Shown here: piece after piece, positions 39,892 to 49,207 of the stretch
Numbering within the stretch: the stretch's first letter is position 1
How the letters are laid out: the number at the start of each line of letters is the position of its first letter
Assembly (NCBI GenBank): GCA_903937035.1
Contig: CAIZXS010000009.1
Span: 11,141 to 75,140, forward strand
Origin: an uncultured bacterium
GTDB taxonomy: Bacteria; Patescibacteriota; Minisyncoccia; Moranbacterales; UBA2206
Length of the DNA: 64,000 bases
Direction of reading: 5' to 3'
Program-made: the position numbers and the translations under genes
Notes under the pieces: model-generated
What the model was told of the DNA's origin: nothing
Database searches by the model: none
What the model saw: only the letters and a program-made list of their open reading frames with translations

Positions 39892-40995
39892 ATGCGTATC
39901 ATTCTTGCTGGAGGAGGAACTGGTGGACATCTTACACCGCTTGTGGCGGTGGCGAGGAAGATCAGAGAAAAAGTTCCTGAAGTCGAGTTTTGTTTCATTG
40001 GACCAAAAGGAAAATTAGAAGATGATATTATGGGGCAAGAAAATATTCCTATTAGAAATATCCAGACAGGAAAGTTGCGACGCTATTTTTCTTTTCGAAA
40101 CATCTTGGATTTTTTCAAAATTCCATTGGGAATCGTGAAATCCATGTGGCTTTTATTGGTGTTGATGCCTGACGCCATTTTTTCCAAGGGAGGCTACGCT
40201 TCGTTTCCTGTCGTTGTCGCTGGTTGGCTATACCGCATTCCAATCCTCATTCATGAGTCTGATTCCAACCCGGGCTTGGCCAATTCGATGCTGGGAAAAT
40301 TTTCCAGCCGTGTTGCTGTGTCATATATGGAAGCAGAGAAATATTTTCCGGCTGCGCAGGTTGTGCTCACGGGAAATCCATTACGCGATAATATTAATAA
40401 GGGTAGCGTTGAAAAGGCACGACAATTTTTAGGTTTCACTGAATCACGAAAGATTATTTTTGTTTGGGGTGGGTCACAGGGAGCAAAGAATATCAATGAC
40501 AAAATCGTGCGTCTTCTTCCTCGGCTTTTGCATAAGTATCAGGTTGTTCATCAGGTTGGTGAAAATAATTTCGAGGAAGTTAGTCGTATGGCAGGGGAGC
40601 TTGGTTATAAGGTGGGGCATGATGGCTATTTTGCCGCGCCATTTTTCAAAGAAGAGCTAATAGATATTTTGGCAGCTGCGGATTTGGTCATTTCGAGGGC
40701 GGGGAGCACTTCTATTGCAGAAATCGCCGCCAATAAAAAACCGGCTATTATTATTCCATTGGAGACTTCTGCTAGTGATCATCAAAGAATGAATGCCTAT
40801 TCTTTGGCACGAATCGGTGGTTGTGTAGTGATGGAGGAAAATAATATGGGGGAGCATATGTTATTGGAAAAAATTGATGAAATTATGGATAACGAAACAT
40901 TGCGCAATAACCTCTCCGCAAATATCGGGACATTTTATCATCCGGATGCGGCAGAAAAAATCGCAGATGGAATTTTAGGAATGATTAAAGAATAA
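39892..40995 (+). CDS. murG: Undecaprenyl-PP-MurNAc-pentapeptide GlcNAc transferase
   Basis: GGGTGGH, KGGY, GNPLR, GGSQGA, RAGSTS, HQRMNA. Confidence 0.97.
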   Translation: MRIILAGGGTGGHLTPLVAVARKIREKVPEVEFCFIGPKGKLEDDIMGQENIPIRNIQTGKLRRYFSFRNILDFFKIPLGIVKSMWLLLVLMPDAIFSKGGYASFPVVVAGWLYRIPILIHESDSNPGLANSMLGKFSSRVAVSYMEAEKYFPAAQVVLTGNPLRDNINKGSVEKARQFLGFTESRKIIFVWGGSQGAKNINDKIVRLLPRLLHKYQVVHQVGENNFEEVSRMAGELGYKVGHDGYFAAPFFKEELIDILAAADLVISRAGSTSIAEIAANKKPAIIIPLETSASDHQRMNAYSLARIGGCVVMEENNMGEHMLLEKIDEIMDNETLRNNLSANIGTFYHPDAAEKIADGILGMIKE

Positions 40996-41004
40996 AATAA
41001 CTAT

Positions 41005-42399
41005 ATGGAACTAGATTTAAGAAAATTAAAGAAAGTCTATGTGATCGGCATCAAGGGTTCTGGTGTTGTCGGTGTGGTGGAAATTTTGAACTCCGAAGGA
41101 ATTGAAGTGACGGGCTCGGATACGGCAGAAAAATTTTTCACGGATGAAGTTTTACAAAAAAACAAAATTAAATATTTTGAGAATTTTTCAGTTGAAAATA
41201 TTCCCAAGGATGTCGATTTGGTGATTTACTCTACTGTCTATAATGTGAAAAATAATGTCGAATTTCAGGAAGCCTTGAAAAGAAAATTGCCCATGCTCAG
41301 TTATCCCGAGATACTTGCTCAGTTGTTTAATGTTAAATATGGCATTGCGATTTGTGGGACACATGGAAAAACGACTACCTCGGCGTGGCTTGCTAATACT
41401 TTGAAAGAGCTCGGCGCTGATCCTTCGGCTGCGATTGGTAGCCGAGTGACAAATTGGGGTGGCAATGCACTAATTGGTGAGGGTGAATTTTTTGTGATGG
41501 AAGCAGATGAGTATCAAAATAAATTAGCGCGCTATAATCCTAATGGCGTCATCCTGACGAGTTGTGATTATGATCATCCGGATTTTTTTCTTGATTTTGA
41601 TTCGTATAAACAAGTGTTTAAGGATTTTGTGGCGCGTATTCCCAAAACTGGTTTTTTAGTTGTTTGTGGTGACGCGACGAACACATTAGAGGTTGCAAAA
41701 TCAGCTACTTGTGCGGTTTTGACCTATGGTTTTTCTACTGATTGTGATTATCAGATTTCTAATTTAGAATTGAAAAAAGAAAATGAATTACATGTTCAAT
41801 CTTTTGATGTCTTGCGGGGAGAAGATTTGCTTGGTAGGTTCGAGATTGGACTAGTAGGGAAGCATAATGTATTGAATGCTCTTGCTGTGATTGTCGTTTG
41901 CCATAAGCTTAATTTTGGTGCGGAAAAAATTCAGGAAACGCTTAGATTATTTCGTGGAACATCGCGGAGGTTTGAATTTATTGGCTCGAGGCATGGCGCA
42001 ATTTTGATTGATGATTATGGGCATCATCCGGATGAAATTCGTGCGACGCTGAGCGCTGCGCGTGGCCTATATCCGGAAAAAAATATTTGGGCGGCTTTTC
42101 ATCCGCACACTTTCACTCGCACCAAAGCTTTGCTTTCTGAATTTTCACAAAGCTTTGCTGATGCGGATAGGGTGATAATTTTGGATATCTATGGTAGCGC
42201 GCGTGAAGCGCAAGGTGGTGTGCATTCCAAAGACTTGGTGGAGCTAGTTAATAAATATGATAGAGGAAAAGCGGAATACATTGCAACAATCGATGAAGCG
42301 GTGGGATTTCTCAAAGACAAAATTGGCTCAGATGATGTCGTCATCGCTATTGGCGCCGGAAATGTCTGGGAGGTGGTATCGAAGTTAAAAGAAAAATAA
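41005..42399 (+). CDS. murC: UDP-N-acetylmuramate--L-alanine ligase
   Basis: IGIKGSG, GTHGKTTT, EADEY, DDYGHHP, HPHTFTRT. Confidence 0.96.
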   Translation: MELDLRKLKKVYVIGIKGSGVVGVVEILNSEGIEVTGSDTAEKFFTDEVLQKNKIKYFENFSVENIPKDVDLVIYSTVYNVKNNVEFQEALKRKLPMLSYPEILAQLFNVKYGIAICGTHGKTTTSAWLANTLKELGADPSAAIGSRVTNWGGNALIGEGEFFVMEADEYQNKLARYNPNGVILTSCDYDHPDFFLDFDSYKQVFKDFVARIPKTGFLVVCGDATNTLEVAKSATCAVLTYGFSTDCDYQISNLELKKENELHVQSFDVLRGEDLLGRFEIGLVGKHNVLNALAVIVVCHKLNFGAEKIQETLRLFRGTSRRFEFIGSRHGAILIDDYGHHPDEIRATLSAARGLYPEKNIWAAFHPHTFTRTKALLSEFSQSFADADRVIILDIYGSAREAQGGVHSKDLVELVNKYDRGKAEYIATIDEAVGFLKDKIGSDDVVIAIGAGNVWEVVSKLKEK

Positions 42400-42418
42400 A
42401 AATATAGTAAAAATAAAA

Positions 42419-45265
42419 ATGCCAAAACATGTATCCGCCTTGGGCGGAAAAAAACAAATTTACAATCTCACTCCCGAAGAAGTCTTGAAAAAATTCAATT
42501 CAAATCAGGATGGATTGAGTTTGGACGAAGCGAAAAACAGGCTAACTGAGTTTGGAGAAAATAAGATCACTAAAAAGCAAAATTGGAAATGGTTGAAATT
42601 AATTTTCGCTCAATTTAATGATGCACTGGTTTGGATTTTGCTTGTGGCAGCGGGACTGGCTTTGGCTTTTGGGGAATATCGCGATGCGACAATTATTTCC
42701 ATTATCGTTCTTTTGAATGCTACGGTTGGTTTTTTTCAGGAGTTCAAGGCGGACCGAGTTTTGGAAAGCATTAAAAAGTTAACAGCTAGTTACGCACTTG
42801 TGTTTCGCTTGAGCGAGAAAAGACAGCTTGATACGAAGCTGGTTGTGCCTGGGGATATTGTTTTTATCGCGGCTGGCGATAGTATCGCAGCGGATGGATA
42901 TATTTTGGAAAGTTATGACTTGAAAGTTAATAGTTTCATTTTTACTGGGGAATCGAAACCAAAAAGGAAAGAATCAAAAATAATCGAGGACAACGGTGTA
43001 GTTTTTGCTGATATTGATAATATGGTTTTTATGGGGGAGACGGTGGCAACTGGCGAAGCAAGATTTGTGGTGACAGGCACTGGAATGAATACGGAGCTTG
43101 GGCGCATCGCGCATCTTACGCAAGAAGTTGAAAATGATCTGACGCCACTTCAAAAGCAAATGCGTACGCTTGGACGGGATGTGACAATTCTCTCTGTTTT
43201 CATCGGCATTGTAGTTCTTGTCGCTGGGCAATATTTCAAGATGTCTCTCTATCAGAATTTTCTATTTGCCCTAGCTCTCTCAGTTTCTGTCGTTCCAGAG
43301 GGGTTGCCAGCGGCCATTTCCGTGGCGCTGTCTTTTGGTATGAAGCGCCTTATTAAAGAAAATGTGTTGGCTAAAAAATTAAATGCTGTTGAGACTCTCG
43401 GTTCCGTCTCAATGATATGTACGGATAAAACCGGAACGATTACTCGCAATGAATTGGCTGTGACGAAGATTGTAATCAATGGAGAGCTTTTGGAGTTGGA
43501 TGGAGCGGGTTATGTTCCAGCTGGAAATTTTTATTATAAGGGTGAAAAAATTGATCCGAAAGTCGTTCCTAACCTGGAATTGCTATTTAAAATAGGAACG
43601 CTTTGCAATGATGCTAGTCTTGCGTATGACGAAAAAAGCTATAAGATAATTGGCGATCCGACGGAAGGAGCGATTATTGTGGCGGGGCAAAAATATAATA
43701 AGACAAAAAAAATCTACGAGAGAGGGGAGAAGAAGGTTGATGAAAATCCATTTTCTTCAGAGCGAATGCGGATGAGCGTGATATATTCATCTCCCACCAC
43801 TTTTTCACGTAGCTCTCGGCTTGGCAGTGGTGTAACGGGCGAAAAAGTGGTGGGGGATAAAAATGCCAAAACAATCTCCTATGTCAAGGGCTCGCCAGAT
43901 GTAATGATTGATCTTTGTAATTTTATCAAAATCGGGGAAAGTATTTTGCCTTTCAATGAGGAGGAAAAAAACAACGCTAGGTTGATGTATAATCAAATGT
44001 CAAAAGATGCTCTGCGTGTCTTGGCTTTTGCTTATCGCGATCTGGGTGGATTTTCGGAAAATAAATACTTACTGGAAGCGGAAAAAGGTTTGGTTTGGGT
44101 GGGAATGATGGCGATGATTGATCCACCGCGTGCGAATGTGGGGAACGCAATCGCGGAGTGTAGAAACTTAGGCATCAGCGTTGTTATGATTACGGGTGAT
44201 TATGAAATAACGGCGAAAGCGATTGCAGAAAATGTGGGACTGATCAGTGAACAAAAATCAGTGAACAGTAATCAGGAATTGGGAAATAATTTAGTTATCA
44301 ACGGTAAACAACTTGATGAGATATCTGACAAGGAATTATATCAAAAAATCAAAAAAGGCGTTTGTGTTTTTGCGCGGATTGCGCCGGAGCAGAAATTGCG
44401 GATTGCAACAGTGCTCAAAAAAAATGGCGAAGTTGTTGCTATGACAGGAGATGGTGTGAATGATGCACCCGCGCTCAAAAAAGCCGATATTGGTGTCGCC
44501 ATGGGAATCATCGGTACGGACGTTTCGAAAGAAGCGGCAAGTATGATTCTTATGGACGACAATTTTGCTTCAATTGTGAAAGGTGTGCGAGTTGGCCGAA
44601 CGGTTTTTCAGAATCTCAAAAAATTTGTACACTACGTTTTTACTTCCAATGCTAGCGAGTTATTTACGGTGATTATCGGCGTGCTTTTGCAAATTCCTTC
44701 TCCAATTTCGGCTGTGCAAATTTTGGCAGTTGATTTGGGGACAGATATCTTTCCGTCCTTCGCGCTTGGCCTTGAGCCAGAAGAGCCGGGAACATCAAAA
44801 ACGGGATTGAATTCCAAAAATAGTGTGATGAGTTTTGGCGGTTTTCGCCGGATTATCTATCTTGGATTGATTATGGCAACAGGCGCGGTCGTAGCGTTTA
44901 TTTGGTCAATGCTTCGTGGTGGCTGGTATTTTGGTGAGAGTTTTTCTGTGGATAGTGTCTTGTATCTTAAATCGACTACAGCGGCTTACGCGGTCCTTTC
45001 GATGACACAGATGGCCAATCTTTTGCAGGCGCGTAGCGAAACACTTTCACCGTTCCAATTAGGATTTTTCAAGAATATTTATGCGATTGGTTCGATCGTA
45101 GTATCCTTTGTGATCTTGCTTCTTTTTATGTATTTGCCGTTCTGCCAGGAATACCTGCGAATGCTTCCGATTGATGGAAAGGATTGGCTTGTTGTTTTAG
45201 GCTCATTTTTGGCGGTCTTTTTCTGGGAAGAAGTGCGTAAAGATGATAGACAGAAGGGAATATGA
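42419..45265 (+). CDS. Cation-transporting P-type ATPase (type IIA/Ca2+-like)
   Basis: TGES, VPEGLP, DKTGT, KGSP, DPPR, TGDGVNDAPAL; two repeat-derived insertions. Confidence 0.95.
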   Translation: MPKHVSALGGKKQIYNLTPEEVLKKFNSNQDGLSLDEAKNRLTEFGENKITKKQNWKWLKLIFAQFNDALVWILLVAAGLALAFGEYRDATIISIIVLLNATVGFFQEFKADRVLESIKKLTASYALVFRLSEKRQLDTKLVVPGDIVFIAAGDSIAADGYILESYDLKVNSFIFTGESKPKRKESKIIEDNGVVFADIDNMVFMGETVATGEARFVVTGTGMNTELGRIAHLTQEVENDLTPLQKQMRTLGRDVTILSVFIGIVVLVAGQYFKMSLYQNFLFALALSVSVVPEGLPAAISVALSFGMKRLIKENVLAKKLNAVETLGSVSMICTDKTGTITRNELAVTKIVINGELLELDGAGYVPAGNFYYKGEKIDPKVVPNLELLFKIGTLCNDASLAYDEKSYKIIGDPTEGAIIVAGQKYNKTKKIYERGEKKVDENPFSSERMRMSVIYSSPTTFSRSSRLGSGVTGEKVVGDKNAKTISYVKGSPDVMIDLCNFIKIGESILPFNEEEKNNARLMYNQMSKDALRVLAFAYRDLGGFSENKYLLEAEKGLVWVGMMAMIDPPRANVGNAIAECRNLGISVVMITGDYEITAKAIAENVGLISEQKSVNSNQELGNNLVINGKQLDEISDKELYQKIKKGVCVFARIAPEQKLRIATVLKKNGEVVAMTGDGVNDAPALKKADIGVAMGIIGTDVSKEAASMILMDDNFASIVKGVRVGRTVFQNLKKFVHYVFTSNASELFTVIIGVLLQIPSPISAVQILAVDLGTDIFPSFALGLEPEEPGTSKTGLNSKNSVMSFGGFRRIIYLGLIMATGAVVAFIWSMLRGGWYFGESFSVDSVLYLKSTTAAYAVLSMTQMANLLQARSETLSPFQLGFFKNIYAIGSIVVSFVILLLFMYLPFCQEYLRMLPIDGKDWLVVLGSFLAVFFWEEVRKDDRQKGI
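43789..43858. repeat. Palindromic element inserted in frame in the P-type ATPase
   Basis: ATCTCCCACCACTTTTTC / GAAAAAGTGGTGGGGGAT, 17/18 inverted repeat; encodes SPTTFSRSSRLGSGVTGEKVVGD. Confidence 0.8.
44245..44279. repeat. 7-nt repeat array inside the ATPase coding sequence
   Basis: CAGTGAA CAAAAAT CAGTGAA CAGTAAT CAGGAAT; units shared with 4854-4999. Confidence 0.7.
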
Positions 45266-45318
45266 TTTGGATGGTTTTTGTGTTAGAATGGTAGTATAAA
45301 TAGAGCCAAGATAATTAT

Positions 45319-46290
45319 ATGCTAACCATTCAAAAAAACATTCCACTTGCACCACTTACCACTTTCAAAATCGGCGGACCGGCGAAGTTTTTTTGTGCGA
45401 TAAGGAATGAATATGAACTTTTAGAAGCACTAAATTTTGCCCATGAAAGTAAGCTGGAAATTTTCATGCTTGGCGGGGGGAGTAATGTTTTATTTAGTGA
45501 CAAGGGTTTTGATGGGTTGGTGATTAAGCCGCAATCGTCAGAAGTCAACGAGCAGGAATCAGCGAACAGTAGGCAAGGGGGAATTGAAATTGCAGGAGAA
45601 GCTATCGAGTGTTGGGCGGGAGAGAATCTTTCGCGCATAGTCAATCTTGCTAAAGAAAATAGTTTCACAGGAATGGAATGGGCAATTGGGATTCCTGGCA
45701 CGGTTGGTGGTGCTATTCGTGGCAATGCTGGCGCTTTTGGCGGAGAGATAGCGAACAATATTGAAAGTGTGCGTGCGCTAGAAATTTTTGGCAGTCGTAC
45801 TAATATCGTGGAGTATAAAAAAGCGGACTGTAATTTTTCCTATCGAAATAGCTTTTTTAAGGAAACCCCCGGAATGATTGTTTTATCGGCTAAGCTAAAA
45901 GCTGCAAAAGGCGAAAAAGAGACAATCGAAAAAAAGATGCAAGAAATTATCAAGATTCGCACAGAGCATCAGCCAAAAGGCTTTAGTTCTGGTAGTTTTT
46001 TTCAAAATCCAGTGACAGAAAATCAAGAATTGATTGCGGGATTCGAAAAGGATACTGGGGCAAAAGCTAGGGACGGAGTGATTCCGGCTGGCTGGCTGAT
46101 CGAAGAAGCTGGCTTTAAGGGGAAAAAAATTGGCGGAGTAATGGTGAGCGAGAAGCATGCTAATTTTTTTATCAACGACGGAACGGGCACTGCAGAGGAT
46201 GTTGTAATTCTTGCCGGAATAATCAAGCAGAAGATACGAGAAGAATTTGATACTCAAATCAAAGAAGAGATCATTTATGTCGGATTCTAG
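45319..46290 (+). CDS. murB: UDP-N-acetylenolpyruvoylglucosamine reductase
   Basis: TTFKIGGPA, GGGSN, GIPGTVGGAIRGNAGAFG, YRNS, GSFFQNP, KHANF. Confidence 0.97.
   Translation: MLTIQKNIPLAPLTTFKIGGPAKFFCAIRNEYELLEALNFAHESKLEIFMLGGGSNVLFSDKGFDGLVIKPQSSEVNEQESANSRQGGIEIAGEAIECWAGENLSRIVNLAKENSFTGMEWAIGIPGTVGGAIRGNAGAFGGEIANNIESVRALEIFGSRTNIVEYKKADCNFSYRNSFFKETPGMIVLSAKLKAAKGEKETIEKKMQEIIKIRTEHQPKGFSSGSFFQNPVTENQELIAGFEKDTGAKARDGVIPAGWLIEEAGFKGKKIGGVMVSEKHANFFINDGTGTAEDVVILAGIIKQKIREEFDTQIKEEIIYVGF
45532..45580. repeat. 7 x 7-nt repeat array inside murB
   Basis: CAATCGT CAGAAGT CAACGAG CAGGAAT CAGCGAA CAGTAGG CAAGGGG; encodes QSSEVNEQESANSRQG. Confidence 0.7.
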
Positions 46291-46365
46291 TTATAGATTA
46301 GTCTAATTAACATATCGGGGTTTTAGGGAAAAAGTCATTTTCCTCATAATCTCGATCAAAAACAT

Positions 46366-46740
46366 ATGGTAGTTAAAAAACCACAAAGCATGAGAATGAT
46401 GTTTAAGGGTATGGAATCGAACAAGAAGGCCGAGGCCTATATTGAAAAAAGATTACAAAAAGTCAATCGAATAATCAAGACTGTTTTGGAGTTTGAGGTG
46501 GAAATTTGCCTAGATAAAAAGGGTAAGTATCGCGTAGAATTAATGGTAAAGACTCCCTACGCGCTTTACCGAGCGGAAGAAATATCCGAAAGCATTGAAG
46601 GCTCAGCTGACATTGCTTGTGAGGAATTGACATTGCAAATCGTGAAAGACAAAAGCAAAATGATTGACCTCAAAAGACGCGGCGCAAGATCGTTGAAGAA
46701 AAAAATTGTACTGGATGAGGATGCGAGGTTTAAGAAATAA
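46366..46740 (+). CDS. hpf: Ribosome hibernation factor (HPF/RaiA family, short)
   Basis: YIEKRLQK, RVEL, RAEE.SESIEGSAD pattern. Confidence 0.75.
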   Translation: MVVKKPQSMRMMFKGMESNKKAEAYIEKRLQKVNRIIKTVLEFEVEICLDKKGKYRVELMVKTPYALYRAEEISESIEGSADIACEELTLQIVKDKSKMIDLKRRGARSLKKKIVLDEDARFKK

Positions 46741-46780
46741 AATGAAATTTTAGAAAGTTAATTTTTAAAAGGGGAATAAA

Positions 46781-47221
46781 ATGAAGGATTTTTTTAAGCC
46801 AAATAAGACAATTATCATTATATTGTTTATGGTTATCATTTCTGTGGGTGTTATTTTTGTCGCCCCTCAGTTAATAGGCCCGGGAGGTGAGAATTGCTTC
46901 GGTGGCTGTAGATCACCTATAATCGATGTCGTTACAACGAAAATTCTTTGGCTTATTTTTATTCCGTTAGGCCTTGTTCTGCATTCTATCGGTGTTGGTG
47001 GTCCTGACGATTTTCTTGATGGATTGGCTATGCTTTTTTCGGTATTGGCGTATCTTTACCTAATTTCATGTATTTTAAATTTTATAATTTATAAAATTAG
47101 AACAAGAAATGAAGAAATTAGTTACGAAAAACAAAAAAGCGATGCCATTACTAGTGTGCTTATCGTTGTCTTAGTAATTATTGCAGGAATTATAGAATTA
47201 GTATTTTCAAGAAAAATGTAA
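46781..47221 (+). CDS. Hypothetical membrane protein
   Basis: Four hydrophobic segments; FFKP start; very AT-rich. Confidence 0.7.
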   Translation: MKDFFKPNKTIIIILFMVIISVGVIFVAPQLIGPGGENCFGGCRSPIIDVVTTKILWLIFIPLGLVLHSIGVGGPDDFLDGLAMLFSVLAYLYLISCILNFIIYKIRTRNEEISYEKQKSDAITSVLIVVLVIIAGIIELVFSRKM

Positions 47222-47287
47222 ATAAAAAGTTGACTTGACAGGCTTGACCATTTTTTGCTAGAGTGAAAACGTAAATATTTTAAACAC

Positions 47288-47374
47288 ATGCAAAAGGCTA
47301 AAAGAACAATTTCTCAAGGTTTTCCAGTTCCGGCAAGGGCAGGCTGCTTTTGTGTGTTTGGAATCGGAGATTAA
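47288..47374 (+). CDS. Putative 28-aa attenuator leader peptide
   Basis: MQKAKRTISQGFPVPARAGCFCVFGIGD downstream of TTGACA-18-TAGAGT (47235-47264); overlaps the antiterminator strand. Confidence 0.5.
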   Translation: MQKAKRTISQGFPVPARAGCFCVFGIGD

Positions 47375-47429
47375 ACTTCATCATTACAAACAGACATGAA
47401 ACAGCTTGCCTTTTGTGAGCTGTTTTTTT
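47334..47429 (+). promoter_or_regulatory. Mutually exclusive antiterminator/terminator (attenuator)
   Basis: Terminator AAACAGCTTGC-CTTTT-GTGAGCTGTTT + T tract; the upstream AAGGGCAGGCTG...TGTGTGTTTG can pair with CAAACAGACA...CAGCTTGCCTTT. Confidence 0.65.
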
Positions 47430-47494
47430 GTTCTTTGGTAGAGGTGTTTCTGTTTTTTACTTTATTGTTTCAACGAGAATGAAAGGAGTAAGCG

Positions 47495-47842
47495 ATGGAC
47501 TACGAAATAGGAAAACTTAATTTGGGACAAGCAGAAGAAGTCAGTGTATTGTTGAGGGAAAAAGGCATTGAAAAAACTGTTGATGAAATTTTAACTTCCA
47601 AGTGTCTCGTGGCGATTGATGAAAGTGGAAACATTATTTCTTTTGCTGAGCATATTGGTCAGGACAAAGCCGATGTGCATCATTTCAGGGCGCTAAGTAA
47701 AAAAGAAAAAACGAGAATAAAAGTTGGATTTTTCTCGGTAATTTTTAGGAAGCAAGTATGGGAGAGCAAGGGACCTATTGAAGTTGGTACCGAGACTGAA
47801 ATTACTGAGAATCATGGCGGCTATATGTTTCCTGGAGGATGA
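47495..47842 (+). CDS. Hypothetical protein with a GNAT-like N-terminus
   Basis: AAGGAG SD; YEIGKL...EEVSVLL...CLVAIDESGNIISF resembles GNAT strands 1-3. Confidence 0.6.
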   Translation: MDYEIGKLNLGQAEEVSVLLREKGIEKTVDEILTSKCLVAIDESGNIISFAEHIGQDKADVHHFRALSKKEKTRIKVGFFSVIFRKQVWESKGPIEVGTETEITENHGGYMFPGG

Positions 47843-47867
47843 ACTTTTCCAAGTAAAAACAGAAAAA

Positions 47868-47900
47868 TTATGAGAGCGGTCAACGCGCCGCTCTCATAAT
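47868..47900. terminator. Hairpin/terminator
   Basis: ATTATGAGAGCGG-TCAACGCG-CCGCTCTCATAAT. Confidence 0.6.
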
Positions 47901-47964
47901 GAAATTTTTGACAAATAAGCTAATAAAACCTATTCTTAAACTAATAATTATAATATACATAACT

Positions 47965-49194
47965 ATGAAACAATCACAACTATTTTCCAAAACCAACAAA
48001 GTCGCGCCTAAGGATGAGGAAAGTATTAATGCTCAACTGCTGATCCGCGGAGGCTATGTCGACAAGTTAATGGCTGGGACATATTCCTATTTGCCCCTCG
48101 GTTGGCGAACATACAAAAAACTGGAAGAGATTATCCGAGAAGAAATTAATGCTGTCGATGGACAGGAGATTTTTATGCCTTCAATGCATCCGAAAGAGAA
48201 TTGGGAGAAAACTGGCCGTTGGGATGGACTCGACGTTCTCGTTAAGGTTGGATTAGGCGAAGAAAGGAATATGGCGCTGGCTCCGACACATGAAGAAGTG
48301 GTGGCTCCGTTGGCGAAAAAAATCGTTGAGTCTTATAAGGATTTGCCAAAAGCTGTCTATCATTTTCAGAATAAATTTCGAGGAGAAAAAAGAGCGAAAT
48401 CGGGAATTCTACGTTTGCGCGAATTTATTATGAAAGATTTATATTCTTTCCATGTTGACCAAACTGATCTTGACGCATATTACGACCGAGTGGCGCAAGC
48501 CTATAAAAATATTTTCGAGCGAGCGGGGATTGGCGCGCAGACCTATTTCACCTATGCCTCTGGTGGAACATTTGCCAAATATTCTCATGAGTTTCAAGCC
48601 GAAACAGAAGCTGGCGAGGATACGATTTATGTTTGTGATGCTTGTCACATTGCTATCAACAAGGAAATTATTGAAGATTTGGAGCATAAATGTCCTCTTT
48701 GTGGTAATGCAAGTCTGCGTGAAACAAAAGCTGTTGAGGTGGGTAATATCTTTAAGCTTGGCACAAAGTATTCTACACCCTTCAATTTGACCTATAAGGA
48801 CCAAAACGGAGAGGAAAAGCCAATTATCATGGGTTGCTATGGAATCGGCCCACAACGCCTTATGGGCACGATTGTCGAGATTTTTCACGACGACAAAGGC
48901 ATCCTCTGGCCGGAAGCTGTGGCGCCTTTTAGAGTGCATCTGATTGGTCTCGGAAAAGATCTTTCTGCTGCAGAAGAATTGTATCAAAAACTAGTCACAG
49001 AAAAAATCGAAGTGCTCTTTGATGACCGTGAAGTCTCCGCCGGAGAAAAATTTGCCGATGCGGATCTCTTGGGTCTCCCATATCGTATTATCATCAGCGA
49101 AAAATCCCTCGCTGCTGGTGGAGTGGAGCTCAAAAAACGTAATGAAAAAGACAGTCAAATCGTGAAAATTGAGGAACTTTTAGGGGGGTTATGA
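47965..49194 (+). CDS. proS: Proline--tRNA ligase (short bacterial type, no editing insertion)
   Basis: MKQSQLF, PTHEE, REFIMKDLYSF, EVGNIFKLGTKYS, MGCYGIG; start set at ATG 47965. Confidence 0.95.
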   Translation: MKQSQLFSKTNKVAPKDEESINAQLLIRGGYVDKLMAGTYSYLPLGWRTYKKLEEIIREEINAVDGQEIFMPSMHPKENWEKTGRWDGLDVLVKVGLGEERNMALAPTHEEVVAPLAKKIVESYKDLPKAVYHFQNKFRGEKRAKSGILRLREFIMKDLYSFHVDQTDLDAYYDRVAQAYKNIFERAGIGAQTYFTYASGGTFAKYSHEFQAETEAGEDTIYVCDACHIAINKEIIEDLEHKCPLCGNASLRETKAVEVGNIFKLGTKYSTPFNLTYKDQNGEEKPIIMGCYGIGPQRLMGTIVEIFHDDKGILWPEAVAPFRVHLIGLGKDLSAAEELYQKLVTEKIEVLFDDREVSAGEKFADADLLGLPYRIIISEKSLAAGGVELKKRNEKDSQIVKIEELLGGL

Positions 49195-49207
49195 TAATAT
49201 TAAAGAA

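Noticed and set aside
48439-48987. 182-aa minus-strand ORF and the other short overlapping ORFs in the track
   Set aside because: Antisense or alternate-frame shadows of well-supported genes with no motifs
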